The notes beneath the pieces are model-generated. The model did not search any database. It saw only the letters and a program-made list of their open reading frames with translations, and was not told where the DNA came from. Positions 29,556 to 39,185 of a stretch of 64,000 nucleotides of DNA are shown here, piece by piece. Source of the stretch: Candidatus Dadabacteria bacterium (GTDB lineage Bacteria > Desulfobacterota_D > UBA1144 > Nemesobacterales > CSP1-2); assembly GCA_040289575.1 (NCBI GenBank), contig PSLL01000006.1, forward strand, positions 1-64,000, written 5' to 3'. The position numbers and the translations under genes are program-made. How positions within the stretch are numbered: the first letter of the stretch is position 1; each line of letters opens with the position of its first letter.

Positions 29556-29612
29556 TGTATAGAATTTCAAACTTACATCAACTACCTATTTCTCGCCGTC
29601 CCAAGCCATAAA

Positions 29613-29667
29613 ATTACAAATTTGTAATCTTCCTGTTATGTTCCTGTATTTGTCACCTGTGTAGTGT
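29613..29667 (+). promoter_or_regulatory. OmpR/CusR-type box array plus -10 (site 3)
   Basis: ATTACA-aatt-TGTAAT-N5-TGTTAT-N5-TGTATT-N11-TAGTGT. Confidence 0.75.
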
Positions 29668-29738
29668 TTATACCTTAAAATGATAAGGGATCAAATCACA
29701 AGAGTTGGAGCCAGGCTCCGAAAATGGGGTGAAATAAC

Positions 29739-30512
29739 ATGAAGGCAATTATACTTGCTGCAGGTCGGGACATTACACTATATCCGTATACCAGGTACAT
29801 ACCTACGTGCCTCCTCAATATTGGCGGCAAGACCATACTAGAGCATCAGATCAACTGTACAAGAAACTGTAGGATTAATGAGATGATAATAGTAGTCGGA
29901 TTCGGACTCGAGAAGGTAGAGAACTTCTTAAGAAATTACGGCGGCTCAGGAATGAAAATAAAAACTCTCCATAATCCATTCTATCAAAATACAAGCAGTC
30001 TCATTTCTCTGTGGATAGCAAGAGGAGAGATGAACGAAGACACAGCAGTTATAGATGGAGATAATCTATTTGAGATTGAGGTACTTAAGCGGACCCTCAG
30101 GGTGAGAGATGAGAAGACATGTCTTTGTGTAAAGAGGGAACCTATATATCAGAGGGAGAATACAAATGTATTAATCATAAGAGGCAGGGTGGTAAGGATT
30201 GGCGAAAATCTAACCACCCCTTCAGCCAAATCAGTAGGGATAAGTGTCCACAGAGGCACAGACGTAGAGCTACTTAAGAGAGCAGTAGAGGAGGAGATAC
30301 GCACAGAGGGTGCAGAGAAAAGGCGTTATACTTCTGCAATACAGAGACTCATTGGGAGAGGACACAGTGTAAAATCCGTTGACATAGGGGAGCTATTTTG
30401 GATGGATGTAAACTATCCGAGTGACCTCTCTAAGGCCAGATTTAATTCAGCTGAGTTTATAAGAAGGCCCCAACGAGAAAGAGTCCTTAGGGTTGTAGAG
30501 ACGGGTTTGTAA
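29739..30512 (+). CDS. Divergent paralog of the 2875 NTP transferase with altered catalytic motifs
   Basis: Collinear with 2875, but GRGSRL>GRDITL, PK>PT, EEDMKV>RENTNV and DVD>DVN. Confidence 0.8.
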   Translation: MKAIILAAGRDITLYPYTRYIPTCLLNIGGKTILEHQINCTRNCRINEMIIVVGFGLEKVENFLRNYGGSGMKIKTLHNPFYQNTSSLISLWIARGEMNEDTAVIDGDNLFEIEVLKRTLRVRDEKTCLCVKREPIYQRENTNVLIIRGRVVRIGENLTTPSAKSVGISVHRGTDVELLKRAVEEEIRTEGAEKRRYTSAIQRLIGRGHSVKSVDIGELFWMDVNYPSDLSKARFNSAEFIRRPQRERVLRVVETGL

Positions 30513-30517
30513 ATATA

Positions 30518-30580
30518 ATAAACCATGAAATACTTATAGCAATTGGCATGGATATAGATATCGAGAAGTTAAATTCATAG
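30518..30580 (+). pseudogene. Remnant of the 5' end of the 3658 CDP-alcohol phosphotransferase
   Basis: INHEILIAIGMDIDIEKLNS* versus MDHAILVAAGTGIDGERLNSH; ATG changed to ATA. Confidence 0.75.
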
Positions 30581-30790
30581 GATTATCCTATCACGGAGCC
30601 TACACCTAGCTCAGTGAACGTATTCTCCACAACGGCGGGTTCCCTAATTATGCCAGATTAAACGATTGAATTGACATAAAAGAGTATCTATATTAATTAG
30701 AAATTTATTATTATGGGCTAAATATAATTTTTTAAAATCCGATCTCGGTGGAAGGTCGACAAATACAATGGAAAATCGGAGAAATTACAG

Positions 30791-31924
30791 GTGAGGATTG
30801 CATACATAGCAAGCCCTAAGTTATTCTCGCGCGGGGCAAGTTCAATCGAAGTAATGCGCACGGCCGAGGCTATGGCAGAACTCGGCTACGACGTTGAGCT
30901 TATTGTTCCCTACAACGGAAAAGAAGATGAGATATACGAATACTACGGAATAAACAGAGTTTTTAAATTGAAATTTATTCCCTCTGCACCGGGCGTTTCT
31001 ATGAGGCATATTCTACACGGACTTCAAAGTGCCTTCTACACGGCATCGAAGAGAGGACGGTTCGACATCGCATTTTCAAGAAATATATTCTATGCTTTTC
31101 TTTCAACCAGATTTTTAAAAATCCCTACAATCTATGATGCTCACCACCCCATTGCAAACACAGCGGCACGTATAATATTCGACTTCTTTAAAGAGTCTAA
31201 ATTTCTTCTTAAATTTGTTGTAATCTCTAAAGGAATCGGAGACATATGCCTCAAATTCGGGCTTCCGGAAGGGAAGCTCGCCGTCGTGCCTAATGGCGTT
31301 GACATAGAGAGATTCAATCAAAAATTATCACCTAAAGAGGCACGAAGCAGAGTCGGTCTTCCTCAAGAGAGAAAAATCATATCGCATATAGGAAACATAT
31401 ATCCCGGAAGAGGAATAGAGCTTCTAATAGAGGCCGCACAGGAATTTAAAGATTTGCTCTTTCTCATGGTAGGCGGAGAAGATAGAGACATTGAGCGTTA
31501 TAAAAAATTGGCTAAAAAAACAGGCGTAGACAACGTCATCTTCACGGGATTTATACCACCCAGCATCATTTCTCTTTATTTTTTCTCTACAGATTTTCTC
31601 ATACTGCCTTATACATTGAAGATGACCTCTAAGTTCAGACGCATAGAGACCGATTTTGCCTCTTTACTTAAGCTCCCAGAATATATGGCGTCAGGGCGTC
31701 CGATTATTTCAACACGCATTCCGGCGGTTTCTGAATTTCTAAGAGATGAAGAAAATGCCATTATCATTGACCCAGACAGCACTTTGGCAATTATAGGAGG
31801 TATAAAGAGGGCTTTGTCTAATAAGATCCTCTGTGAGAAAATCGCTAAACAGGCAGCCATTGATGCAAAGAAATACACACTCGAAGAAAGGGCAAAGAGG
31901 ATACTCGATGATGTCCAAATTTAA
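30791..31924 (+). CDS. GT4 glycosyltransferase
   Basis: PNGVD, GRGIE and SLLKLPEYMASG motifs. Confidence 0.9.
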   Translation: MRIAYIASPKLFSRGASSIEVMRTAEAMAELGYDVELIVPYNGKEDEIYEYYGINRVFKLKFIPSAPGVSMRHILHGLQSAFYTASKRGRFDIAFSRNIFYAFLSTRFLKIPTIYDAHHPIANTAARIIFDFFKESKFLLKFVVISKGIGDICLKFGLPEGKLAVVPNGVDIERFNQKLSPKEARSRVGLPQERKIISHIGNIYPGRGIELLIEAAQEFKDLLFLMVGGEDRDIERYKKLAKKTGVDNVIFTGFIPPSIISLYFFSTDFLILPYTLKMTSKFRRIETDFASLLKLPEYMASGRPIISTRIPAVSEFLRDEENAIIIDPDSTLAIIGGIKRALSNKILCEKIAKQAAIDAKKYTLEERAKRILDDVQI

Positions 31925-31984
31925 AAGATTTAAAACTACCTTCCATGAGTCCTGCGTGCTCTGGAACCAATGGTACTTTAGATA

Positions 31985-33109
31985 ATGAAAGTCGTATACA
32001 TAGCAAACTCTCGGATTCCTTCTCAATATGCAAATAGTATACAGGTGATGAAGATGTGTGAGGCAATCGCCAAGCTTGGACACGAAGTCTCTCTTTTTAT
32101 ACGAGACGAAAAAGAGGATTACAAAGGCGATATATTTGGATTTTACGGCTTAGAAAGGGTTTTTGAAATCAAAAGAACGCCGTTTAAAGGAAAATTACTC
32201 CACGCTATATTCTCTTTAATCTGCACCAAACTCAAGACGGTAGGGCTGTGTTATACTAGAAGCGCTTATGCGGCATATCTCGCATCTAGATTCTGCATAC
32301 CAACTGTCTTTGAAGTCCACCGCCCATTCTCTTCCAGATTCGGAAAGGCAATTGCCCCATTGCTTCTTAATTCACCTTATTTAAAGATAGTATCCATCTC
32401 AAATTCACTCACGGAATTCTACATCGAGAAATACAGAATAAAATCACGAGAGAAAATAATTACAAAACATGATGGAGTGGATTTAAATATGTTTTCCCCG
32501 CCTCTAATAAAGGAGGAGGCAAGAAGGAAAATGAATCTCCCACAGGATAAAAGGATAATATGCTACTGCGGTCATCTCTACAGAGGAAGGGGAATCGAAT
32601 CTCTAATTTCAATTTCCGGAAAGCTTCCAAGCAACGTGCTTATTCTCATCATTGGCGGTACGGGCAAAGACTTAGAAAGGCACAAAAACACCGCATCCCA
32701 GATGAACTCAACAAATCTATATTTTACCGGATTCGTTCCCTTAAGCATTGTCCCGAGATACCTGGCGGCATCCGATGTCTTGGTAATACCCTATACAAAT
32801 AGAGTCGAAGATAACACAGGATGTATAATAAGCAATTTTATGAGTCCGATGAAGATGTTCGAATATATGGCTTCGGGAAGACCGATCGTCGCATCAAACC
32901 TGGGTGTCATAAGGGAGATACTCAAAGACAAGGAAAGTGCACTCCTATTTGAACCGGCAGATGAAAATGGTTTTATAGATGCGATAAAAGCTGTCTTGGA
33001 AGATAAAGAATTGGCCCAAAGAATCGCAAGGAATGCCCAGGATGAGGTCAAAAAATACACGTGGTCTGAGAGAGCTAAGTCAATTCTCTCTTTTTCATCG
33101 GAGTTGTAA
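31985..33109 (+). CDS. GT4 glycosyltransferase (paralog of 11215)
   Basis: ANSIQVMKMC, HDGVD and SPMKMFEYMASG motifs. Confidence 0.92.
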   Translation: MKVVYIANSRIPSQYANSIQVMKMCEAIAKLGHEVSLFIRDEKEDYKGDIFGFYGLERVFEIKRTPFKGKLLHAIFSLICTKLKTVGLCYTRSAYAAYLASRFCIPTVFEVHRPFSSRFGKAIAPLLLNSPYLKIVSISNSLTEFYIEKYRIKSREKIITKHDGVDLNMFSPPLIKEEARRKMNLPQDKRIICYCGHLYRGRGIESLISISGKLPSNVLILIIGGTGKDLERHKNTASQMNSTNLYFTGFVPLSIVPRYLAASDVLVIPYTNRVEDNTGCIISNFMSPMKMFEYMASGRPIVASNLGVIREILKDKESALLFEPADENGFIDAIKAVLEDKELAQRIARNAQDEVKKYTWSERAKSILSFSSEL

Positions 33110-33114
33110 GCTGA

Positions 33115-33133
33115 CCTCCGATTTAATCGGAGG
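33115..33133. terminator. Hairpin between convergent genes
   Basis: CCTCCGATT-T-AATCGGAGG. No clear U-tract. Confidence 0.45.
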
Positions 33134-33135
33134 CA

Positions 33136-33846
33136 TTACCCACCCAGATAAGCCCTCTTTACCCGCCCATCAAAGAGCAGCTGTTTACCCTCGCCCTCAA
33201 GAACTATCTCTCCTGTCTCTAAAACGTATGCATAATCAGCCATCTCAAGAGCGGCTCTTGCGTTCTGTTCAATCAGGAGAATGGTTGTACCGTTATTATG
33301 GATCTCGCGGATTTTATCAAACAGCACTCTAGTAATCCTTGGAGAGAGTCCAAGGGATGGTTCATCTAACATAAGGAGCTTTGGTCTCCCCATTAGAGCA
33401 CGTCCCAGAGCGAGCATCTGCTGTTCACCGCCGGAAAGCGTGCCGCCGAGCTGAGTTAATTTCTCCATGAGACGGGGAAAAAGAGAAAACACGTAATTCG
33501 AGCTTCTGTCAAACTCATCCGATGAATTTAGAGCAAAACCGCCCATAATCAGGTTTTCTTTGACTGTGAGATTTGGAAATATCTTTCTCCCTTCAGGCAC
33601 CATGATTATTCCCATATTTGCTATCTCGTATGCGGGTCTTCTGGATATATTCTTTTCCTCAAAGAGAATGTGTCCGCTCTTAGGGTGAATAAGTCCCGAG
33701 ATTGCACGGAGAGTCGTTGTCTTTCCTGCACCATTTGCGCCTATGAGAGTCACAATCTTTCTCTCTGGAACACTAAACGATACTCCCTTTAATGCGTGAA
33801 TCCCCCCGTAGAAAACATTTAAACCCTCAATTCTGAGCAATCTCAT
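33136..33846 (-). CDS. livF: Branched-chain amino acid ABC transporter ATPase
   Basis: GANGAGKT, LSGGEQQML, DEPSLGL and RAYLGG motifs. Confidence 0.92.
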   Translation of the reverse strand: MRLLRIEGLNVFYGGIHALKGVSFSVPERKIVTLIGANGAGKTTTLRAISGLIHPKSGHILFEEKNISRRPAYEIANMGIIMVPEGRKIFPNLTVKENLIMGGFALNSSDEFDRSSNYVFSLFPRLMEKLTQLGGTLSGGEQQMLALGRALMGRPKLLMLDEPSLGLSPRITRVLFDKIREIHNNGTTILLIEQNARAALEMADYAYVLETGEIVLEGEGKQLLFDGRVKRAYLGG

Positions 33847-33857
33847 TTCTCCGTACA

Positions 33858-33914
33858 GATGGGAATCGGGATTAAACTAATCCCCAATGCCTAATCGCCA
33901 ACTCCCAATTCCTA
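33858..33914. repeat. Heptameric imperfect repeat array with short inverted arm
   Basis: gggaatcgggatt ... tccccaa tgcctaa tcgccaa ctcccaa ttcctac. Confidence 0.55.
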
Positions 33915-34682
33915 CGTTGTCTCCCCAAGATACGCCTCAATTACCCTTGGATTACTTCTTATATCCTCGGGGCATCCCTCTGCAATCCTCTCTCCGTAAT
34001 CGAGCACGGTGATTTTATCGCATATCCCCATAACCACATGCATATCATGCTCAATGAGAAGCACGGTTAAGTCGAATTCATTCCTGATACCTTTAATGAA
34101 ATCCATAAGCCCGTCCTTTTCACTTGGATTCATACCGGCGGCAGGCTCATCGAGGAGAAGAAGCTTGGGACGAGTAGCAATGGCACGGGCAATCTCCAAT
34201 CTCCTCTGAAGCCCATATGGAAGGGATAGAGCCTTTTCATTTGAAAGATGTAAAAGACTAGTCTTCTCTAAGAGCGCAATGGCATTGTTATATATTTCTC
34301 TCTCCCTATTTTTGTATCCGGGAAGGCGCAGTACAGCCTGCCAAAACAAGAATGGATTAAACCTCAAATGAAACCCGATCATTACGTTTTCCAAGACGCT
34401 CAGGTCTCTGAAGAGCTTTATATTTTGAAATGTCCTTGCAATTCCAAGGGACGTAATCCTGTGCGGCTCGAGTCTTGTAACCTCTTTTTGGAGGAATGAT
34501 ATAGTTCCGGCTACGGGCTTTACAAATCCGGAGATTGCATTAAATACCGTAGTTTTTCCCGCGCCGTTTGGGCCTATCATCCCTCTGATTGTTCCAGACT
34601 CAACATCCATACTAAAATCAGACACAGCCTTGAGCGCATGAAAACGGACTGTCAGATTTTCAATCCTGAGTATGTTTCCCAC
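33912..34682 (-). CDS. livG: Branched-chain amino acid ABC transporter ATPase
   Basis: GPNGAGKT, ARTFQN, LPYG, DEPAAG and VIEAYLG motifs. Confidence 0.92.
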   Translation of the reverse strand: MGNILRIENLTVRFHALKAVSDFSMDVESGTIRGMIGPNGAGKTTVFNAISGFVKPVAGTISFLQKEVTRLEPHRITSLGIARTFQNIKLFRDLSVLENVMIGFHLRFNPFLFWQAVLRLPGYKNREREIYNNAIALLEKTSLLHLSNEKALSLPYGLQRRLEIARAIATRPKLLLLDEPAAGMNPSEKDGLMDFIKGIRNEFDLTVLLIEHDMHVVMGICDKITVLDYGERIAEGCPEDIRSNPRVIEAYLGETT

Positions 34683-34735
34683 TTTTTATATATCTGCCTT
34701 TTTCAAACATGAAATACATTTCAATCTATTATAAT

Positions 34736-35665
34736 TCATCCCTCATCATCAGGTACAGACGAATCATTTCTCCGATTTATATTAACCGCAAATGGCTTGC
34801 TCCGCTCGCCGAAATAAATGCTTACATGCGGGAATGGAATTTCAATTCCCTTCTGATCAAATGTATTTTTAATTCTCCTTCTCAATTCCCTCCCTACATC
34901 CCACTGCTTGAGCGGCTGCGTCTTTATCATACACTTGATTATAACCTCAGAGCTGCCGAAGTTATCAACCCCCAGTATCTCAAGAGGCTCCAATATTGAA
35001 GGACGGAACTTTTCGTCTTTATATAGCTCTTCCCCTATCTCCTTTAACACCTGCATAACCTCATCCACATTCTCTTTATATGCCACACCGACATCAATAA
35101 CATATCGCGACCAGCCCCTTGTCATATTCGACAGCGTATTTATCGTACCGTTTGGAAAGATGTGAACAGTACCCTGAAGGTCTCTTAGCACAATGGTTCT
35201 CAGATTGATTTCTTCCACAAGCCCTCCCGTTCCATTGACTACAGCAACGTCTCCTACGCGAACCTGATTCTCCATAATTATAAAGAAGCCGCTTATAATA
35301 TCCCTTACGAGATTTTGTGCCCCAAATCCAATGGCAAGCCCCACTATGCCGGCACCAGCTATTATTGGCGCAATATCTATCCCGACTTCTCTAAGAACCA
35401 TCATAAAGGCCAATACAAAGACGGTTACAAAAGCCGCCTTTCTCAATATGTTGCCAAGCGTCTTTACCCTTTTTTGAGTTTCCAAATTGGCAAAAAAATC
35501 TCCCGTATCTTTCATAATGACCTTCTCCGTCCTTTCAATTAGAACGGAAATCAGCTTTAGGAGCACATAAGCCCCTATGATTATCACAACAATACGAATA
35601 CCGGAGGTCCTAAGCCAGTCAATAATATTGTCAACATAAGCCGGATTAAATACCCTGGATATCAT
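34736..35665 (-). CDS. Small-conductance mechanosensitive channel (MscS/YbiO family)
   Basis: GLAIGFGAQNLVRD, VGD, PNG and IEIPFP motifs. Confidence 0.92.
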   Translation of the reverse strand: MISRVFNPAYVDNIIDWLRTSGIRIVVIIIGAYVLLKLISVLIERTEKVIMKDTGDFFANLETQKRVKTLGNILRKAAFVTVFVLAFMMVLREVGIDIAPIIAGAGIVGLAIGFGAQNLVRDIISGFFIIMENQVRVGDVAVVNGTGGLVEEINLRTIVLRDLQGTVHIFPNGTINTLSNMTRGWSRYVIDVGVAYKENVDEVMQVLKEIGEELYKDEKFRPSILEPLEILGVDNFGSSEVIIKCMIKTQPLKQWDVGRELRRRIKNTFDQKGIEIPFPHVSIYFGERSKPFAVNINRRNDSSVPDDEG

Positions 35666-35921
35666 GGTATTATGCTACCTCCTTTCCAAATATATTTGTA
35701 GAAATAAAATAGCCACCCTAAATTCTAGGTACCGAGGATTCGTGCGGAGATTCTACAAAATTTTAATATTTAACCTTCCCGACAGACAAAAATTAAGTCG
35801 GATAAAACACGAGGAATTGTTACAATGATAAATGATTCACCAAGGCGGATCAAACATAACTCTGCACTTAGCGGCCTCTATTTTTGACTCCATATCTCCC
35901 ATTATGTAAACTCCACTCATA

Positions 35922-37730
35922 ATGGGAAAGATTAGGATTCTTCCCGAAAATATCGTGTCTAAAATCGCAGCGGGAGAGATTGTAGAAAAGCCAGCTTCTG
36001 TTGTGAAAGAACTCGTTGAAAATTCTCTCGACGCCCAAAGCACACACATACATATAGAACTGAGGGGCGGCGGAAAAAGGTTCATAAGTGTTTTAGATAA
36101 CGGCGAAGGGATGACAATGGACGACGCCCTCCTCTCTCTTGAGCGTCACGCTACAAGCAAAATAAGAGGCGCGGAGGACCTCTTTTCTATAAAAACGCTT
36201 GGATTTCGGGGAGAGGCGCTTCCGAGTATCGCAGGGATCTCCAGGTTAAAGCTCACAACAAAAACAAAGGATGCGCTTTCGGGCACAAGGATTTCCATTG
36301 AGGGCGGAGTCATAAAAAGCGTTGAAGAAATCGGCTGTCCTTCCGGAACAGCAGTTGAGGTAAGAGACCTTTTCTACAATACGCCGCCGAGACTTAAATT
36401 CATGAAAACTAAAGAAACAGAACTCTCAAATATCCTTGACATTATTCAAAGGGAGGCTCTCCCCCGGCCGGATGTAGGATTTGAAGTCACACATGAAGGG
36501 AAAACACTGCTTCACCTCAGACAAAGAAAAGCACTGGAAGAAACGCTACCCGAGATCTTCCCCGATACAGAACTTTTTGAGATAAAATCAGAATCCGAGG
36601 GGATTAAAATACACGGCTTTGTAGGCGGTCCCGAAGATACGAGGACTACAACGCAAAAGCTATTCACGTATGTAAATCGCCGAGCTGTAAAGGACAAGTT
36701 TCTCATCCGAATGCTCATTGACTCTTATGGAAGACTCATAGAAAGAGGTAGATTTCCGCAAGGAATTCTCCTCATAGATATTCCGCCTGAAGAGATTGAT
36801 GTGAACGTCCATCCTACAAAGAATGAGGTCAGGTTTAAAAGGTCTGGAGTTGTGGGTAGCTTAATAAAAGTCGCGATATCAGATATGTTAAACAATGCCC
36901 CCTGGATAAAGGACTACCGCGCAAGGGTTAAGAACGCGGTTCAGGGATTTTTTGAAAAAGGCAGGGCTTTTGAGGAAACCTACCAAAACGCCCAGATACC
37001 GCCGACAACCTCATACAGAGAGACTCCTCAAGGAGAGGATATAGTTTTAAAAACCCCCGACGCAGAACCAATACAGGTAAATAATATAAAACCATCTCCT
37101 CTATCCCCAATTCAAACACCACACTACGAACTCTTTAGGCAGGAGGGATTTTTCTCCAATCTGAATATAATCGGACAACTGGGTGAACTCTACATAATCT
37201 GCGCATCGGGAAGGGGGATGATTCTTATTGACCAACATGCAGCGCACGAGAGGATCAACTACGAAAAGTTAAAAAACGCCTATCTAAAAAGAGAATTTGA
37301 AACCCAGGAGCTTCTCTTCCCACTTTCGATTGAGCTATCCTCCGACGAGACCCAAATCCTAGAAGAGCACAAGGAAGAAATAGAATCTCTGGGAATAAAA
37401 ATTGAAGGGTTTGGGAAAGGCTCTTTTCTTATAAGGTCAGTCCCCGCACTTCTTAAAAATAGCGACGTAGAAAAGCTCTTAAAAGAAATGGTTGGAGAGA
37501 TTGCCACACTGGGAAAAGAAGAGGGTCTGACCGAGCACATAGATCACATAATTGCAACTATGGCATGCCACAGTTCAGTTCTCGCAAGCCATGAACTAAA
37601 TCCAGAGAAGATGAAATCCCTTCTGCAGGAACTCGACTGCACCGAATTTCCACATGCCTGCCCGCACGGAAGACCTGTGGCAAGGGAACTCACGTTTGAA
37701 GAGCTTGGGAGGATGTTTAAGAGATCCTAA
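35922..37730 (+). CDS. mutL: DNA mismatch repair endonuclease MutL
   Basis: IAAGE, GFRGEAL, DVNVHP, DQHAAHERINYE, ACH and CPHGRP motifs. Confidence 0.97.
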   Translation: MGKIRILPENIVSKIAAGEIVEKPASVVKELVENSLDAQSTHIHIELRGGGKRFISVLDNGEGMTMDDALLSLERHATSKIRGAEDLFSIKTLGFRGEALPSIAGISRLKLTTKTKDALSGTRISIEGGVIKSVEEIGCPSGTAVEVRDLFYNTPPRLKFMKTKETELSNILDIIQREALPRPDVGFEVTHEGKTLLHLRQRKALEETLPEIFPDTELFEIKSESEGIKIHGFVGGPEDTRTTTQKLFTYVNRRAVKDKFLIRMLIDSYGRLIERGRFPQGILLIDIPPEEIDVNVHPTKNEVRFKRSGVVGSLIKVAISDMLNNAPWIKDYRARVKNAVQGFFEKGRAFEETYQNAQIPPTTSYRETPQGEDIVLKTPDAEPIQVNNIKPSPLSPIQTPHYELFRQEGFFSNLNIIGQLGELYIICASGRGMILIDQHAAHERINYEKLKNAYLKREFETQELLFPLSIELSSDETQILEEHKEEIESLGIKIEGFGKGSFLIRSVPALLKNSDVEKLLKEMVGEIATLGKEEGLTEHIDHIIATMACHSSVLASHELNPEKMKSLLQELDCTEFPHACPHGRPVARELTFEELGRMFKRS

Positions 37731-37884
37731 GTAAACTCCGCCATCCCTTTATCAGAACAAAGAACGCATAGAGAACTTATTTAAAATTCTCTCTCCGTCC
37801 ATCTGCGAACCCATTGGCTAAATCGGTATGGGATACACGACATTACTTGATTTATCTCATTGCCTCAGCCATAATTTCAAATAA

Positions 37885-38073
37885 ATGCAGGTTAAATGCC
37901 CGAGATGCGGGAAGTTAGTCAAATGGGAAGGAAATAAGTGGAAGCCATTTTGTTCAGAAAGATGTAAACTGATAGATCTAGGCGCTTGGGTGGGGGAGGA
38001 GTACAAAATCCCTGAAGAGCCCGTCTCAGAAGAGAATCAAAAACAAATAAACGGCAGAAACGAAGAGGAATGA
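37885..38073 (+). CDS. yacG: DNA gyrase inhibitor YacG
   Basis: CPRC...[15 protein letters not shown]. Confidence 0.92.
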   Translation: MQVKCPRCGKLVKWEGNKWKPFCSERCKLIDLGAWVGEEYKIPEEPVSEENQKQINGRNEEE

Positions 38074-38131
38074 AAGCGATATGAATAACAATCATATCTA
38101 TGAACTAAGTATATTAAGGAGGCACAGATAA

Positions 38132-38704
38132 ATGGCAGTTACCGATACCAGCCGCTTTTATAAGGGACTAAAGATTGAATTTGAAGGAGAAATCTGGGAG
38201 GTTATTGAATACCATCACTCAAAGATCGCCCAGCGAAGCCCCGTAGTAAAGACCAAGCTCAGAAACATCATTACTGGTTCTGTTCAAGAGAGAAACTTCC
38301 GCTCAGGTGAGACATTCGATCTTCCCGATGTTGAAAGAAAAAAGATGCAGTTCCTTTACAAAGACGAAATCGGATACCACTTTATGGATTCTGAGACTTA
38401 TGAGCAATACGGATTTAACGAGAATCAGGTCGGAGAGGCAGTAAGGTTTCTCAAAGAGCAGGAAGAGGTAACCATTCTTTTTTACAAAGGCAAAACGATA
38501 GGCGTCGAACTCCCAATAACTGTAGAGCTTGAGGTAATCGAAACCGAACCCGGCGTAAGGGGAGATACCGTCACCGGTGGGAGCAAACCCGCAAAGCTTG
38601 AGACGGGAGCAACGATCTCCGTACCCCTCTTTATTGACACCGGGGATAGAATAAAGGTTGATACAAGAACGGGAACTTACATAGAGAGAATAAAGAAGAG
38701 ATAG
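38132..38704 (+). CDS. efp: Elongation factor P (atypical tip loop KIAQRSP)
   Basis: FMDSETYEQ, PGVRGDT, KPAKLETG, VPLFI and DTRTG motifs. AAGGAGG RBS. Confidence 0.95.
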   Translation: MAVTDTSRFYKGLKIEFEGEIWEVIEYHHSKIAQRSPVVKTKLRNIITGSVQERNFRSGETFDLPDVERKKMQFLYKDEIGYHFMDSETYEQYGFNENQVGEAVRFLKEQEEVTILFYKGKTIGVELPITVELEVIETEPGVRGDTVTGGSKPAKLETGATISVPLFIDTGDRIKVDTRTGTYIERIKKR

Positions 38705-38732
38705 CTCTATAGAGATAGATGCCGTGCTACCG

Positions 38733-39044
38733 CTAATTTCCGCCCAATTCGGCATTCCAATCAACGGTTTCCTCGGCGTGGAGTTTATCCATAGGGAAAT
38801 TAATAGGGAATGCGAAGTTTGGAAATGGCTGCCAGATGCCGCTATCTATTATCCTTGCCCCCGTGCTCCTAAACACCCTAAGGAGAATCAGGATGAAATC
38901 ATTTGAGCTAATATCGGCCTGTCCGAAGAGCATTCCATTGGGCATTTTGCCCCAATTAACAAGTTGCCTCAGTTCATCCAAATGAGTCTTTAGGAATTCA
39001 CTAACGACATTTTCAAACTCCTTTAAAAGTTCCTCTTTTGCCAT
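38733..39044 (-). CDS. Hypothetical protein
   Basis: ORF with GAGGAGG RBS before ATG 39044. No recognised motif. Confidence 0.6.
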   Translation of the reverse strand: MAKEELLKEFENVVSEFLKTHLDELRQLVNWGKMPNGMLFGQADISSNDFILILLRVFRSTGARIIDSGIWQPFPNFAFPINFPMDKLHAEETVDWNAELGGN

Positions 39045-39185
39045 ATTGCCCCTCCTCTTCAACTTCAGTTCAGAGTATATTGTCCTTCGTATAAAGGCAA
39101 ATGTGAGACTCTACGTGTATATCGAATTATACTCCATATCGGGAAAGATATTTAAATTGAGAAAAAAATATTATAGAATAGAGCC

